A stretch of DNA of 64,000 nucleotides from Adineta vaga. Taxonomy: Eukaryota > Animalia > Rotifera. Of the stretch, positions 1 through 13,288 are shown piece after piece. A program made the translations under genes and the position numbers. The stretch is taken from contig CP075496.1 in NCBI GenBank assembly GCA_021613535.1, positions 12,338,001 through 12,402,000 on the forward strand. Direction: 5' to 3'. A model generated the notes under the pieces. That model was not told the origin of the DNA. It saw only the letters and a program-made list of their open reading frames with translations, and ran no database searches. Position 1 is the first letter of the stretch. Each line of letters starts with the position of its first letter.

Positions 1-2539
1 TTATTTGTAATGTTTTACTAATTAAATCCGGAAATTGTACATGAGAAAAAACAAAATCTTCATTGAATTCAGGTTGTAAGGTATGTTTTCTAACAGTTGT
101 TTTAAAATTCCATTTGGAATTATTATCAGTTGATGGATATAATAACAATTTACAATACGGATCTGATGTTTGTCCGAAATCCATTGGTAATAATTGAATA
201 CCACGTATAATTCTCACATGAAAATTACATGTTAATTTGGAATAAAATAGACTAAGAAGAATTTTACCACGTTCATTTTTGTCTTCATCCATGGAAAACT
301 AGAAATAAGATGGAAGATGATTAATTGAACGAAATTCTCAACAAGTCGATCACATCAACGACAAAAAAAAGAACATGAAAATCAACAAATAAATTTAACG
401 AAAACAAAAAGCAACTGCAATGTGTAAACAATAAATCGTTGTTAGTTTAGTTGATTTTTTCTTACCTCAGAATCCTAAAATAAGAAGTGTAAGTGTACAT
501 TGCAATTGTTGGTGGGAATTGTGAAAAAAAAAGAAGAAGAAGAAAAGGTTGTTCTTAACTTCACTTTATATACTCACGTCAGTTTTATGTTGAAGATAAA
601 TTGAAAAAGCTTCTTTAACATCAGATTTAATCGTACATAATTTTAAACGATATTCACCAAGAAAATCTGAACCAACTGAATCTTCATCAAAAACAGTAAG
701 TCTTTAAATAGAAAGGACATTCAAATAAAAGAAAAAGCGATCCATGATCAAATCATACTTTAAAGTTTTAACTTTAATATCCTCAGCTGATATACCATGA
801 TAAACGAGTGTTTCATCAAAATCAGGATTTAATGTTCGACGAATTGTATGACTACGTAGTTTAGTTGCCTAAAACAATCAAACATCTTACAAAATCTATT
901 TCTAATAAAAAATTTACTTTAGCAACACCCGGTACAAGATGTAATTTTACATAAGGATCTGAAAGTCCATTAGAATCAGCTGCTCGTAGACTTCGGGCTC
1001 GAATTAATGTTATCGTTAAGATATTAAAAGCTTCTCTCCAAATAATATCAAAATCAAGTAAACCTAAGCCTATGATAAGAAAAGAAATTCTTAATGGAAT
1101 TGAAATAATTCAAATTTACCGCAATCATCAGCAACTGATGGTGTATTGATAACAATAGATGATAGAGGACGCATATGGATCGTTGTTGTTGGTTGCGGCA
1201 GTAGTGGTGGTGGTGGTGGTGGTGGTGGTGGTGGCGTTGATGATGTTATATTAGATGTAGTTGATGGAATGGGCGATGAAGATGACGAGGATGTTGATAT
1301 GAGTGGTTGTGGTAATTGAGATTGTGTACGTAATTGAGATTTTGAAATATAATCATCAATAGGAACATCTTGAAGAGAAAAGATTGAAATAAAGATTTTG
1401 TTTTAGATTAAGAAGAATAATTACCTTTCAAACTTCGGTCATCGGTTTTAAATGAATCAATACTTTCATCACGATCTTGTTCAACTATCGAATGTGAATT
1501 ATCATAATTTTGTTGATAAGAATTTACAGTTGTATAATGATTATTTGTTGTTGCTAAAATAAAGAATGAAAATGAGAAATTTCTTCTACGAAAGACAAAA
1601 AAAGAAACTTCTTACCTGTAGTTGGAGACGGTTGACGATTAAATCGACTTCCTGTACTCTGTCGATCATCTGAACTTGAATCATCTTCAATAGATATACT
1701 ATCACTTTTTGTCGTGACTGATGAAATAGCTGATGAGGACGGTTTTACAGTTGAAGGAAGTGTTGAACGTGAGGGTAAGGCACGGAAAAACCAAGCACCT
1801 GATTTTTTCCATAACTAAATCAAATAGGAAATAAATTATATCAAATCATTAGCTTGTTTATTTTCGACAAAAGAAAAACATTACTTCACGATTTTCACTA
1901 CAAAGTTTACATAATGATATGACTTGTTGATTATGAACAGTTTCAATTGAACATTTATTGCACACAGCCTAGGAATGAAATCAAAATTTGAAAATAATCT
2001 TTTATGTCAACGAATCAATACTTTATGACAGTCTATACAAGAAACAGAGGATACTCCTAACATGCCAAAGCCATCTGCACATAGAACACATTGTGATGAA
2101 CCATTACCAGTCGCATGTTTTTTCATATTATCAAGACGATCGTAAAGTCTCCTTGAAAATAAGAAACAAATAATTGTTAAAATTAATCTTGCTTTTATTT
2201 TTAATCATACCCGACTCGTTCTTGTTCAATAAGCTCGATTCGTTGAGCTCGTTCGAGTACTTTCTTAATTCTTTCCATTTCTTCATCACGTAATGATTGA
2301 TTGTTAGTTGCAACAGCATTCGTTGCTGCTGCAGCAGCACTACCAAAACGACTTGAAGGTGCTGCACTAGCACTACGAGTAGTCGGACGACCCGTATGAA
2401 ATGACCATCCAGAATTAAGTCTATTAAAACAAAATCATAAATAAAAAATATTCAACGAATTAATTTGTTTTTACTTTGCACGAAGTTGTAATTGTCGATC
2501 ATTTGGACATACAAATGATCCGTTATTGGAGTCCTTCAT
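1..2539 (-). CDS. RPH3A: Rabphilin-3A-like (Rab-binding/FYVE-type Zn finger + C2A + C2B); multi-exon, 3' end runs off the window
   Basis: Spliced translation gives N-terminal [20 protein letters not shown], the Zn-finger end [19 protein letters not shown]2A ([32 protein letters not shown]) and C2B ([23 protein letters not shown]). The ATG at 2539 is preceded by an in-frame stop. Confidence 0.9.
466..474 (-). other. 9-nt microexon (GATTCTGAG, Asp-Ser-Glu) in the rabphilin C2A-C2B linker
   Basis: ttattttag|GATTCTGAG|gtaaga; phase 0/0, in frame with both neighbouring exons. Confidence 0.75.
1205..1235 (-). repeat. Coding (CCA)n tract encoding poly-proline in the rabphilin linker
   Basis: (ggt)n on the + strand inside an open exon. 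Confidence 0.85.
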
Positions 2540-2869
2540 TTAGACAAATTCTTATTCATTTATTCGTCAATACCAAAATAATCTTGGTAGAAAGAAATGT
2601 TCACATTCCAGGTATCTTGAATGGAAATAAAAGAAATAAATTAAAGACTAACAGAATGATTAGTCGGCAGGAAAAAAAAGAATTATTAAGCGCTACTATC
2701 TATTGAAAAAAGACGTTGATATAAGTGACAAATGATTGTTCTGTAGAAAATACGAAGAAAAAAAATATAGAAAATCCGATCGTATTTTCCATTGCATAGT
2801 AAAGAAAGAAAAATGAGATCTCAATCTTATTGATAATAAAAAGCATTTATATGCATTCGACTTATCAAT

Positions 2870-3868
2870 TATATATATATATATATATAATTTGCTTTTT
2901 CTTCCTCAAAAGTTAAACGAGAAAAACGAATGCGTTGATGACTTATAATAGTTTATATTAAAAAAATCTTCCAATGTATATGTATTAATTCTTTTCAAAT
3001 ATCATTTTCATTACACATGAACACAACGGTGTCTTGACTATATATATCCACACACACACACACATATATTTGCTCATTATTTCATATTATCCGTCGGCGT
3101 ATCGAATTTGCATGTTCCAGTAGAATCATGCATCTCATCTAGATAGAGAATTATGACCATTTTTCTGCTTCTGTGCGTGCCTATTGCATTCATGATGAGA
3201 ACAAAAAAACTATTCAGCAATCGATGCTCCTACTATCTTACTAATCAATCGACCTTGCCGATTTTTATGACTAAAGAGAATAGAAGAAGAAGAAGAAGGA
3301 GAAGGAGAAGAGAATAATATTCAGGGTCAATTTCAGGCATTGATTATCAATAAAGTCAACTATTTGTGAGTATGTAGATTTGATTCTCGAAAGAAATCTA
3401 CAATTGTTGTCTTTCTCATTTTTTTTCTTTGTTCATCATTGTAAGAATACAAGATGATCACTTGAGATTTTCCAATGCTGATTATTATTGTTTCTACTGT
3501 TGATAGAAAGATACAATTCCCACATTGCATGTCTCAAATTAGAAATATAATCAAACAAACAACAAAGCTTTCATTCATCCACGACAGCAATAGATAGGGA
3601 CAGAAACACACACGCGCGCACACACATACATATATATATATATTTATGTTATACTGTTGTGGATATATGGAGAAATGACTGAGGATACCTCGCGTACAAC
3701 AAGATGCTCAATACTCAATGGAAAAAAACAAGAACACTCGTTAGAAAATGCATTCGAGCGTGTATCCTCATCTATAAGAGAAATGTCAGAGAAAAAAAGA
3801 TTATCGAAAAAAAAGACGAAGCAATAGAAAAAAAGAAAGAAGAAGAAGAAGAAGAAGAAGAGAAGAAA
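2870..3868. repeat. Cluster of microsatellites ((TA)n, (CA)n, (CG)n, (GAA)n) upstream of rabphilin
   Basis: Visible runs at about 2870-2888, 3040-3069, 3282-3311, 3606-3643 and 3835-3868. Confidence 0.85.
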
Positions 3869-5627
3869 GCGTCTCATTTTACCTATATTTCATTTGAAGC
3901 GTGCAGATACTAGGTATCGAAGAAATAAAAGTCAAAGATAGATCTACGTAGAATTCTGTGACAAATGGTAATAGAATGAATATATGCATGTCTGTTTTAA
4001 TTTAAGTGTTAGTGAACTATTGCTATTCTTTCTGACAGCATGTTATGAACTGTTTCCAGTCGCCTACGGGATGAAGTCTTACTGTAACTTCTTTTCTTCT
4101 TGCTTGGATATCTTAAATAACAGAAAAAAAACATCATAAGTATTAACGCATGCAATAAATACAAAGTAACAACAATATACATAAAAACAATCCTCAGGAT
4201 ATAAAATTTTTTTTCCATATCCAATGAGTACAACTGTGTTTCTTGATTATACTCACTGTTTTATTTCAAACAGATAGTGACAACAAACGTTCAACAATAG
4301 AATGAAAAAATAGAACTTCTTCTTCTCTCTCCTCTTTCTATATCTTTCTCTTTCTCTGTGTTTTCTTATTTCCTTTTTTTTTGTACTGTAAGAATGCGAC
4401 AATTATAGAAAAAAAACACAAGATATATGCAACGATAGAGATCATATGTGATGATGATGAATGAGCAATATATTGGTTTGAAAATATCTTGATGACGATG
4501 AAAATAATCATTGTTCTTACAAGTCACAATTTCTCCTTCTTTGATTTAGCTCCTTCACTATAGACGTGCATTTTCCAACAGCGGTAACAAAAACAACAAT
4601 CTCTTAGTATAAAAAATAAAAAAAAGAAAGCATGACGAGCGAGAATGCTTTCATATGTGTCTTAGAGTCATGATGTCTTTTTCTTTTATTCTTTTGTTTT
4701 GTTGCGTGTTTATTAAGATGATTACTATCGACCGTCTGTAAATGACGACTTTGAACTATATTCAGTAACTAGATTGTTTCATTGCCGTCTTCTTTTATTT
4801 GCTGACAAATCCATACCATGAAACTGACAGCCTTTCTTAGAGATAACATTTCATATATATTCTATCAGAAATAATTTCCACGTCCTGTTGGAGATAACAG
4901 ATAAGTTTCATTGAGAAAACAATATGACCATGATAAACTGATTGTACCTGAAAAATGTCGATCTTACCATTAACAATCAATTGTTGACAAACAGAAATCA
5001 TAGGTAAATTGAAAGGTACTTCGGAGATCATATTTCATTACTGATGTCTAATGTATAATTTATATTGAAAACAAACATGTGTCTGTCAAACAAATCATTT
5101 GTAGTTGATTTAAGAAGAAAAACAATTGATTTTTTCTACTTGACGAATTTTGATTGAGAGAAGACAAATTTTTATTTCTGATCATTTTTCTTTTCTTTTC
5201 CTCTATTAAATTATGTCAAAGTCAATTGATCCTATTCCGGTTCGAAGACATTCTCATTTTTCTAAGTATCTTCTTAGAGATAATTATCTTTTCAATTATG
5301 AATTAATACAATATCTAATAAAGAGATGAGCAAAAAAGTACTTCTTCTCATTGTATACAGAAATATTAACAAAAACAAAAAGTAACAATAGGATTTCGAA
5401 GACAATTCCTTAATATGTTTATTCAATTCTTGAAGCATACGGATTATTCATTATCATTATGATCTTTGTCAATCGAATTAATTTATTTCTAAGAAGAAGG
5501 AGAAGAAATCACAATACTGCTAAGAAGCAGAAATCAGTATAATATGTATATGTATATATATATATGAAATAAGGGCGAATGTGTTTATAAGACTGACAAA
5601 AGCTTTAAGCTTGGGATTTTTAATCGA

Positions 5628-7903
5628 TTAACGATTATATTCATAATCACAGTAACTTGGACCATTGACTGGTGATGCTGGAATACCACGTCGAATAGAT
5701 CGACAACGATGTTCTTCTAATCGAGGTGTTGCTGCATTGGGATCCTTAACATCAGCTGCTGACCATAAACGTTCAGCAACAATTGAAGCTCTTGGCCATG
5801 TTGTTGAAATTACATTTGTTGCATCAATAAATTCTAAAGTATTTAAATAAATATTTCATAAAAAACGTTTCTTAATAAACAAACTTACCACCCCACATAC
5901 AAGCTTCACCACCGACAACTAACTTCTTTTGTTCATCAGTACCTTGATATGAAAAATAAATTGTATTTATTATTATGATGATATAGATATTTACCATTAA
6001 AATTATGTGGATCACATTTATAATATGGAATCCAATCTTTACCATAGGAAATATAATTTAAATACCTAAAATTGAAATTCTTTTTAAATCGACTAAGATA
6101 TTCAATGCTATTCTAGACTACCAGCATGTTGATAAAAGAGTACGATAACCTAATTTTGTAACACGTGCTAATTCTTCAGGATAAGGATCCTAGAAACAAA
6201 CAATATCATCGTTTTTTCTCTATTAGTCTCTATCGGTATCTTATTTCATCCTACCTTCCAAACTTCTACAACAGTATCAGCTTTAACTGTAACATTATTA
6301 TCAATAATTTCTTGCCAAACTGCATAACCTTTGCCTGTTGAACCAACAATATCAACGACACTAAAATATTTAATATAATTCATCGAGATTCTTGTTAAAA
6401 TTTGTTTTTAAACTCGTTTACGTTTGCATATAGTATTGTTCAAGTAATGCATAATCATCTCCAAATTCCATTTGACGCATAAAAGCTTGAACATTTGGAT
6501 TACTTCGCCTATATAAATGAAATATTTTACAATCATCTTTTTCATACAAACAGGAAAAAAAACGTATTCTTACCAACAATCAAAATCGACTTCATCACCA
6601 CCCAAATGTACATAATGATCAGGAAAAACAGTAGCAATTTCACCAAATATTTTCTTTAAGAAATCAAACGTCGAATTTCGACTAGGATCCATAGGTCCAA
6701 ATTCATTATTTGGTTTTCCTCCACTATAACAATGTGTTAATACATCAAGAACTAATCCCCATGATTCTGTATGACCTATGTATTTGAGATAGAAAAAAAA
6801 GAAAGACCTATATTATCTACTGTTTTAGATGAATTCGAACCTGGTGAATCAAATTCAACAAGAACACGAATACCACGTTGACGAGCAAATTCAATTAAAT
6901 CAGCAATATCATCTTGTGAATAGACATGAGCTTGATTAAATGCTCCTGCACCACTTAATTCAGGATAGGTACGTGATTCATATGGAAATGATTGATCATC
7001 AACGATATGAAAATGAAAAACATTGAATTTACTTTGTGCCATAGCTTCCTAAACATGTTCAGCAAAGAAAGATAAATGAATCCTCATTGAACTCAATAGA
7101 ATTCATCACTTACTAAATTCATTTTCAATGTTTTTACAGAAATAAAATGACGTGATGTATCAAGAAGTAATCCACGATGGGCGAAACGAGGAAAATCATT
7201 GATCAATGTATTATTCACTGCAAACTGAATAGAAGAAGAAGGAGAAGAATGCATTTCAAAATAAAAATCTTCAGATAATATTTACTCCAAGATCATCGTC
7301 ATTATAGATAAGTTGACTAAATGTTTCTAAACCACGAAGAGCACCCCAAATGGAAACAGATTCTAGCATAGCATTATCAGCATTGATTGTCAATGTATCT
7401 TTAATTGGAAAAAAAAGAAGAAAACCATCGAAGAAATTTTAAATAGAAAACAATTTTAATTCGTATTCTTTACATGATTCATCGGATTCAAGAGTTAGAT
7501 ATTGTTCACAAGGTTGTTGCACATGAATATTTAATCGTTTGAGTAAGGTTGCATCACGAAGTTCATCTAATGTTTTCGTTGATTTTTGATTTTTCTCATC
7601 GATGGGTGATTCAGGTTTGAGAATAGAATCGAAATATGTTTGTGGAAAAAAGATTAATTTATAATAACGATCAAATGCACTTGTTAAAGTATCACAAGTT
7701 TGACTTGTTGAATTCACCATGAAATGAAAGGCAGCTGGATGTACAGCAAATTGTTGAGCAGTTATTTTCATTGATTGAGGTTTCGGCCAAGGTTGTCCAC
7801 TAGTTGGTTCAATATAAAACATATTCAATGGTGAACGAGGTCGTTTACCATTAGTAAACGCAACTAACACTATGAGAAATAGTACAACTATTGATAAACG
7901 CAT
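5628..7903 (-). CDS. HEXB: Beta-hexosaminidase subunit (GH20), multi-exon
   Basis: Signal peptide, [48 protein letters not shown], catalytic [29 protein letters not shown] and C-terminal [12 protein letters not shown] versus HEXB orthology cannot be resolved. Confidence 0.93.
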
Positions 7904-8679
7904 GGTTATCTAAAACATTAATAAATTCATTCAATATTCAAATTTTCAAATGTAGAGATGAAGAATAATGCTCTAATCGAATAAGAACTGTCATATTCAA
8001 TCATTATATGTAGAGTATAGAAACTTTAATAGATTTTTTTAGTCGTTGAATGATATACAAAGAGAGTAAAGGGAATGAAAATGCGCCCGAAATGATATAA
8101 CATTCTTCATATAGATATTGATAATGAATATAGAGTTTGTAAAAGGTTAACCGCTCCCCTTGCTCCCTATATATTTAACTGATAAAAAAAGATACTCCTG
8201 GCTATGGCCTTGTCATTTATCATCTTTCAGATATTCAGTAAATCTTTCTATTTACAAAGTATATAATTTTAGGCTATTAGTGATAAAGAGACATTTCTTT
8301 TTTTTTTCTGGATGATATACACGAAATAAGATAGTAGAGAATTATATACCTTCAAGACGTAGTTCACGCCAGATAGAATAAGCAAACCTTTCATGATTTG
8401 TTAACATAAATTTGATACATAGAAATGAACAAATATTTTCAATTAATTACTAAAATCTATCATTTAGGCATATGTTTGACAATCTATTTGTAAAGAAATT
8501 TCATATGTTTTTCAACTAAATTCTTTTTCGTTTCATCTAAATACATATAAAGAAGAAGAAGAAAACAGACTAAAAATATATATCACAAATAAAGTAGTTT
8601 GTTTCTGTCTATATAACCGTAACTTGTTTCAACGATGTAAAACAAAGAATATCAAAACAATTATCTTGAAAAAGTTTTA

Positions 8680-11600
8680 CTATAAATTTTCATCATCACA
8701 TGCATCAGGTGCTGTCCATTGGGATGACGGTGGTGCTATTTGACCATATTTTCGTTGAGATAATGTTTGTGTTATCGATCTTGGTTGAGTTTGTGCTTTT
8801 AATTCATATCGTGCTGTTTCACCACCATGAGTTAATAAATGATCAACTAATTGATCAACATTACGTTTTTGTGTAATACGAATCTGAAAAAAAAAATCAA
8901 TAATTTAATAATCCTTAAGAAATCATTGATATCAGTTTATTATTTACTCGTCGTTCACCATCACGACCATAGGAATTTGATGTTAAATGTAATTTCATTG
9001 CTTCTTTATGAATCGTTTTTCTTTCTTCACTATTAAATTCATTAGCAAATTGTAATTCATCATCATTATCATTATTAGTAATAAAATCTTCTAACAGTTG
9101 TCTTAAATTTTTTATAAACATTTGATTGGGAAATAAACTACTGCTACCTAAACCTTTTCTTCCTTGTAGATCTTCAATTTGAATTGGTTCAGCAATTCCT
9201 TGTAAATCTTTACCGATTCCACCACCAATCCAACCCATTTTTTTCAATAATTTCGAACCCATATCTTCTTTTGGTGGTGCCGTATTATTTGTTGTTGTCA
9301 TTGATGTTGCTAATGATGATTGCTCATATAATTGAGCACGTCTAATTAATCGACATTTAATACCTTGAATTTCATTTTCATTCATCGACATATCAGTGAC
9401 AACATGTTTTGTTTTTATACTTGGATAGAGTGTTTTTAACATTTCAATCGCTTTTTTAGCTCCCATTTGTTTAGCTGCTACTTTAGTCGGTGCTATCCAT
9501 GACATAAAGAAACGATTGTTAATACTATATGTTATCATAAAACCATTTGGTACATGAATAAATTCATATTTAAGATCGAGTTTATTTTTTGACAGTGATG
9601 TAAATAACATGGAAACATAATGACCTGGAATATTTTCATCAAAATCAAGTAATTCAAAAACAACAAATGTATTTGGAATTAAACGACGAATATTATTAGC
9701 AATAGCTTCATCAGTTGATGAAGTACATTTGCTTAAATCTTTTCCAAGATCTACACGTGTTAATGGTGGTTCAATCAAGGCTGGTGGTGGAATACATATA
9801 CCGTTTGTTGTATGATATTCTCGTTCACGTTGAGAACCTTCTTCGACACGACGTTCATGAAAATGACGTACGGCTGATGTAGAAGATGGTGTTACAGCAG
9901 ATAAATTTGTTGGTGGTCCCCAACGACTAGGCCGTTCTTCACCACGTAATGCCATTGGTCGACGAGGTGGTGGTATTTTAAGTAAACCTGAACTATCTTC
10001 ATGGCAGACTAATGTCCAACGAATTTGATGACGTAATTCAAGAGAAAATGATTTTGCTGATGAAATGGATTTTAATGCATTTGAATAAACCTAAAAGAAG
10101 AAGATACAATATGATGTCGAGTCAACGTCTTTGCTGATCCCTACAATATCCAGTAAATTCTTTGCTCGTTCTTATATACAATATGATATCGAGTCAACGT
10201 CTTGGCTGATCCTTACAATATCCAGTAAATTCTTTGCTCGTTCTTATATGCAATATGAAATCGAGTCAATATATTTGCTGATTTAAAACATGTCACATAC
10301 AATCCAGCTTCTTTTCTCTTCCTGTCCAATCTATCCATATAGTACCACTATATCTTCTGTTTTCTGTTTTCTTTTCCTTTTTCTTCTACCACATATGTAA
10401 GACTTTACACGCGTCACTCCATCTACACTCACTATTGGCATATAAAATTTTTCTCGTTCTTATTACTATTTCACGGACAAAAGACATATGTCATGTGTCC
10501 TTTTTTTTTTCTCTACTCCAGCTTATGTAGAAGTACAATACCATCCGTTGACTTTATGTTACAGTGTTGTCTTTTTTACAATAAAGCTTTGTTACCAAAA
10601 AAAAAAAAAAAAAAATAAAAGAAGAAGAAGAAGAACATTTATCATATATACTATCGTTTAAGTATTACCTGTTTCTTTGCTAATTTTTTATTAAGACCAT
10701 GTCCATCAGCAATTTCAATTTGTTCAACAATCAAATGACCATGAAAACCATTCAATGTTGGTTTATCATCACATTCAAAATCTGTATTTAGATGATATTT
10801 ATTACTTTGTGTAGATATAAGATCAATAGCATGACTTGCATCAGCTAAAGTGTTCAATAAACTGAATAGAAATGGTTGCATTTTAGCTAATTTTGCACGT
10901 TGTTGAGATAATAGAACTGGATCAATAGCGTTTTTGGCTGCTTCAGCACATATCGGTTGTACAGTCATTGCCGACATAAATTCCTAGAAAAGTATGAATT
11001 TAGTTTTAGAATCGCCTCAAAAACATATTGTGTATGTAATTTTCAATATTCTCGAAAACTATTAATAATCTCGGAAATCAATGTACAAATACGAATAAAA
11101 ATATTAGACTAGAAATATAAGAAATTATTTGCAAATATACATATAAACAAAAAACTTCTTTTCTTTTCTTTTCTTTTTTTTTGTTCTTTTCAGTCTAATA
11201 TTTTAATACATATCAGTACACTGACCTGTGCTTAAGTATTTGAAGAAGAAGATACATTGAATTGATAAGAGTGGACCAAATATCGAATATTGTCGAATTG
11301 ATAATAAGAACTGAAAGGGAGAGATAGATAGATGCATTTCATTTGGGTTGTGATCTACTAAATCTCAAATTTTGAGCGATAGAGCAATTTAAAAAGCTGT
11401 ATCTGTTTACTTGATTATTGGTTGGTTTGATGAATGGTGAAGAACTCGATATTTTATGGTCCATTGCATGTTGTTGTTGATGTTGTTCAGCAGCTTGTTC
11501 GATATCAGCAATAACAGCCTAAATTGAATGGATCATCTTCGAATACAAACAAATATTTAGAATCTATACCGCGACACTAGCTGGTGTCGTAGCTATTCCT

Positions 11601-13163
11601 TCAATCACTATTGCTGTATTTTCTTCTGTTTTTTGATGTGGTACAGGTGGTGGTGGTGACAGAGGTCTTTGTGTACGTCTTGTTTTTAATGGTAAAGGCA
11701 CACCTTGACCCCACTGTTGCCAATACTGTTGTTCAAGTTTACTTTGTTGTCGCGCTGTACGACCAGCAATAGTGGACGTATCTCTTGCATGAACAAAATT
11801 CATTTTCGTATTTGCCATTGGATGATTAGATGGAACAGAAAATGTTTCTTTCTCTTGGTCATCATCAGGTAGAGCAAATTCTTCTTGATCATTGTTGGAA
11901 ACTTTCCTTATCAATTCATATTGTTCTCGTCCATCATTATTTGACGTTAAATTTATATCAAAGTTTTCACAAAGAAAACGATTTAGTGCTTGTTGAAAAC
12001 AATGTCGTTTACATAATTTTTTATTCGAACCTTCTCCAAAACATATATAAACATCATCAATATAAAGTTTTCCACGGAATGTTTTCGTTAGAAATGAATT
12101 AGCCGGAGAAATATGTGAATTTAATTGATCACTAAGTTCATCAGGTCGATAATCAATAAATAAACGTTGTTGGGTACCAATTTGATATATATGTTCAATA
12201 GCATGATCATTTTCATTATCACCTGTTCGATTTTGTGCAGATTCTATGGATTGTTTAAGTTGTGTTGTGAATGCTTGTAAACGAGTAAGTTTTGTTTGAG
12301 CAGACTCATGTAATATTGCTTTTGCATCGATTTTCGGTGTTTTACTTTGTTGAATTGAGGCAGTCAGTGGTGGTGATGCTCGTATCAATGGTTGAGATGG
12401 AAATGATGATGAAAATGATACAAAATTTGATGTATTGGAGAAATCAATTTTAGTTGGAACATTAGAAGCATAGGTACTAGATTTAAAAAGAAAAAAAACA
12501 ATATTATGAAACATAAGTGAAAGAGTTCTTTTTAGACAGGAAATAACTATAGAGTTCAACAAGTATTCGATAATAATGATAGTTTCAGATTTTATCCGGT
12601 TGATTAGTATAGAGATGATTATAGACATTATAGAATTTATTCCTTGATTGAGTAGAAAACATGCTAATAATATCCTTGATGATAACAAGCGGTAGATGTT
12701 GATGATTTTAGCTTTTTTTTGTTATTGTCATCTTCTATGTGATTTAAACTTACTTCGACATTGGTGAAATTCGTTTAATATTTACATCGGCTGGTTCTTG
12801 ATTTGTTGGTCGTTTAATGGATGAAGTTGAGAATTTTTCTGATAACTGATCAAGTAGTGATTTCAATGGTTCAGAATATTTGCCTAAGAAAAAACATTTT
12901 ATAATTTAGTGCGATCAGTTTTTTTTTAGAAATTGAAACTATTTCCATCACGTACATCCAAGACATTTGGTATTTGCATAACATTGAGCTAGACATAGGA
13001 GCCTTTCTTCATTGTAATCGAATCGATATGCTTCAATAAATTGCTTTCGATAGAACCATTGTTGATCAGTTTCATTTATTAGTCGAAATTTTTCCACATC
13101 AAATGTAGACATTATCAACAATGAATTTTTATCTGTTGTATCCATTGCATCATTGTCTATCAT
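8680..13163 (-). CDS. NKRF: NF-kB-repressing-factor-like protein (XTBD + dsRBD-like + G-patch + R3H), about 7 exons
   Basis: XRN2-binding domain (ETDQQWFYRKQFI..RLLCLAQCYANTKCLGCKY), dsRBD-like GEGSNKKLCK and GHGLNKKLAKK, G-patch (MGSKLLKKMGWIGGGIGK..GIAEPI..RKGLG) and R3H (FNSEERKTIHKEA..SNSYG). Confidence 0.85.
10092..10628 (+). mobile_element. Retroposed (non-LTR-type) insertion of about 511 bp with poly(A) tail and 13-bp target-site duplication, antisense within an NKRF intron
   Basis: TAAAAGAAGAAGA at 10092-10104 and 10616-10628; AATAAA at 10580-10585; A19 at 10597-10615. Removing the insert plus one TSD copy leaves a typical 54-nt intron. Confidence 0.8.
10107..10283 (+). repeat. 72-bp tandem repeat, about 2.4 copies
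   Basis: caatatgatgtcgagtcaacgtc...ttcttatata units begin at 10107, 10179 and 10251. Confidence 0.92.
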
Positions 13164-13288
13164 ATTTATTATTTTAAAATCTAGAAAAAAAATCATTGAT
13201 TCTTGTCAGTTATATCAAATGCTTATCATTATCAATCATATCATATATGATTTGCAAAATATAAATATCAAAAAAGCAAAATCATTCG

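Noticed and set aside
3644-4233. ORFs of 69-77 aa (poly-F, poly-E/K)
   Set aside because: They are translations of (GAA)n and A/T microsatellites, with no domain or splice context.
4837-5031. 64-aa ORF in the rabphilin-HEXB intergenic region
   Set aside because: It is short, has no recognisable motif and no linked exons; cannot be supported.
10107-10283. 72-bp repeats as a CRISPR-like array or C/D snoRNAs (atgatg..ctga)
   Set aside because: The units are contiguous with no unique spacers, and the context is eukaryotic. The C/D-like boxes are imperfect and antisense to the host gene.
12479-12688. 70-codon hydrophobic N-terminal extension of ORF 11564-12688
   Set aside because: It starts at TTG and lies within a GT-AG intron (12753-12479); the upstream XTBD exons splice in frame at 12478.
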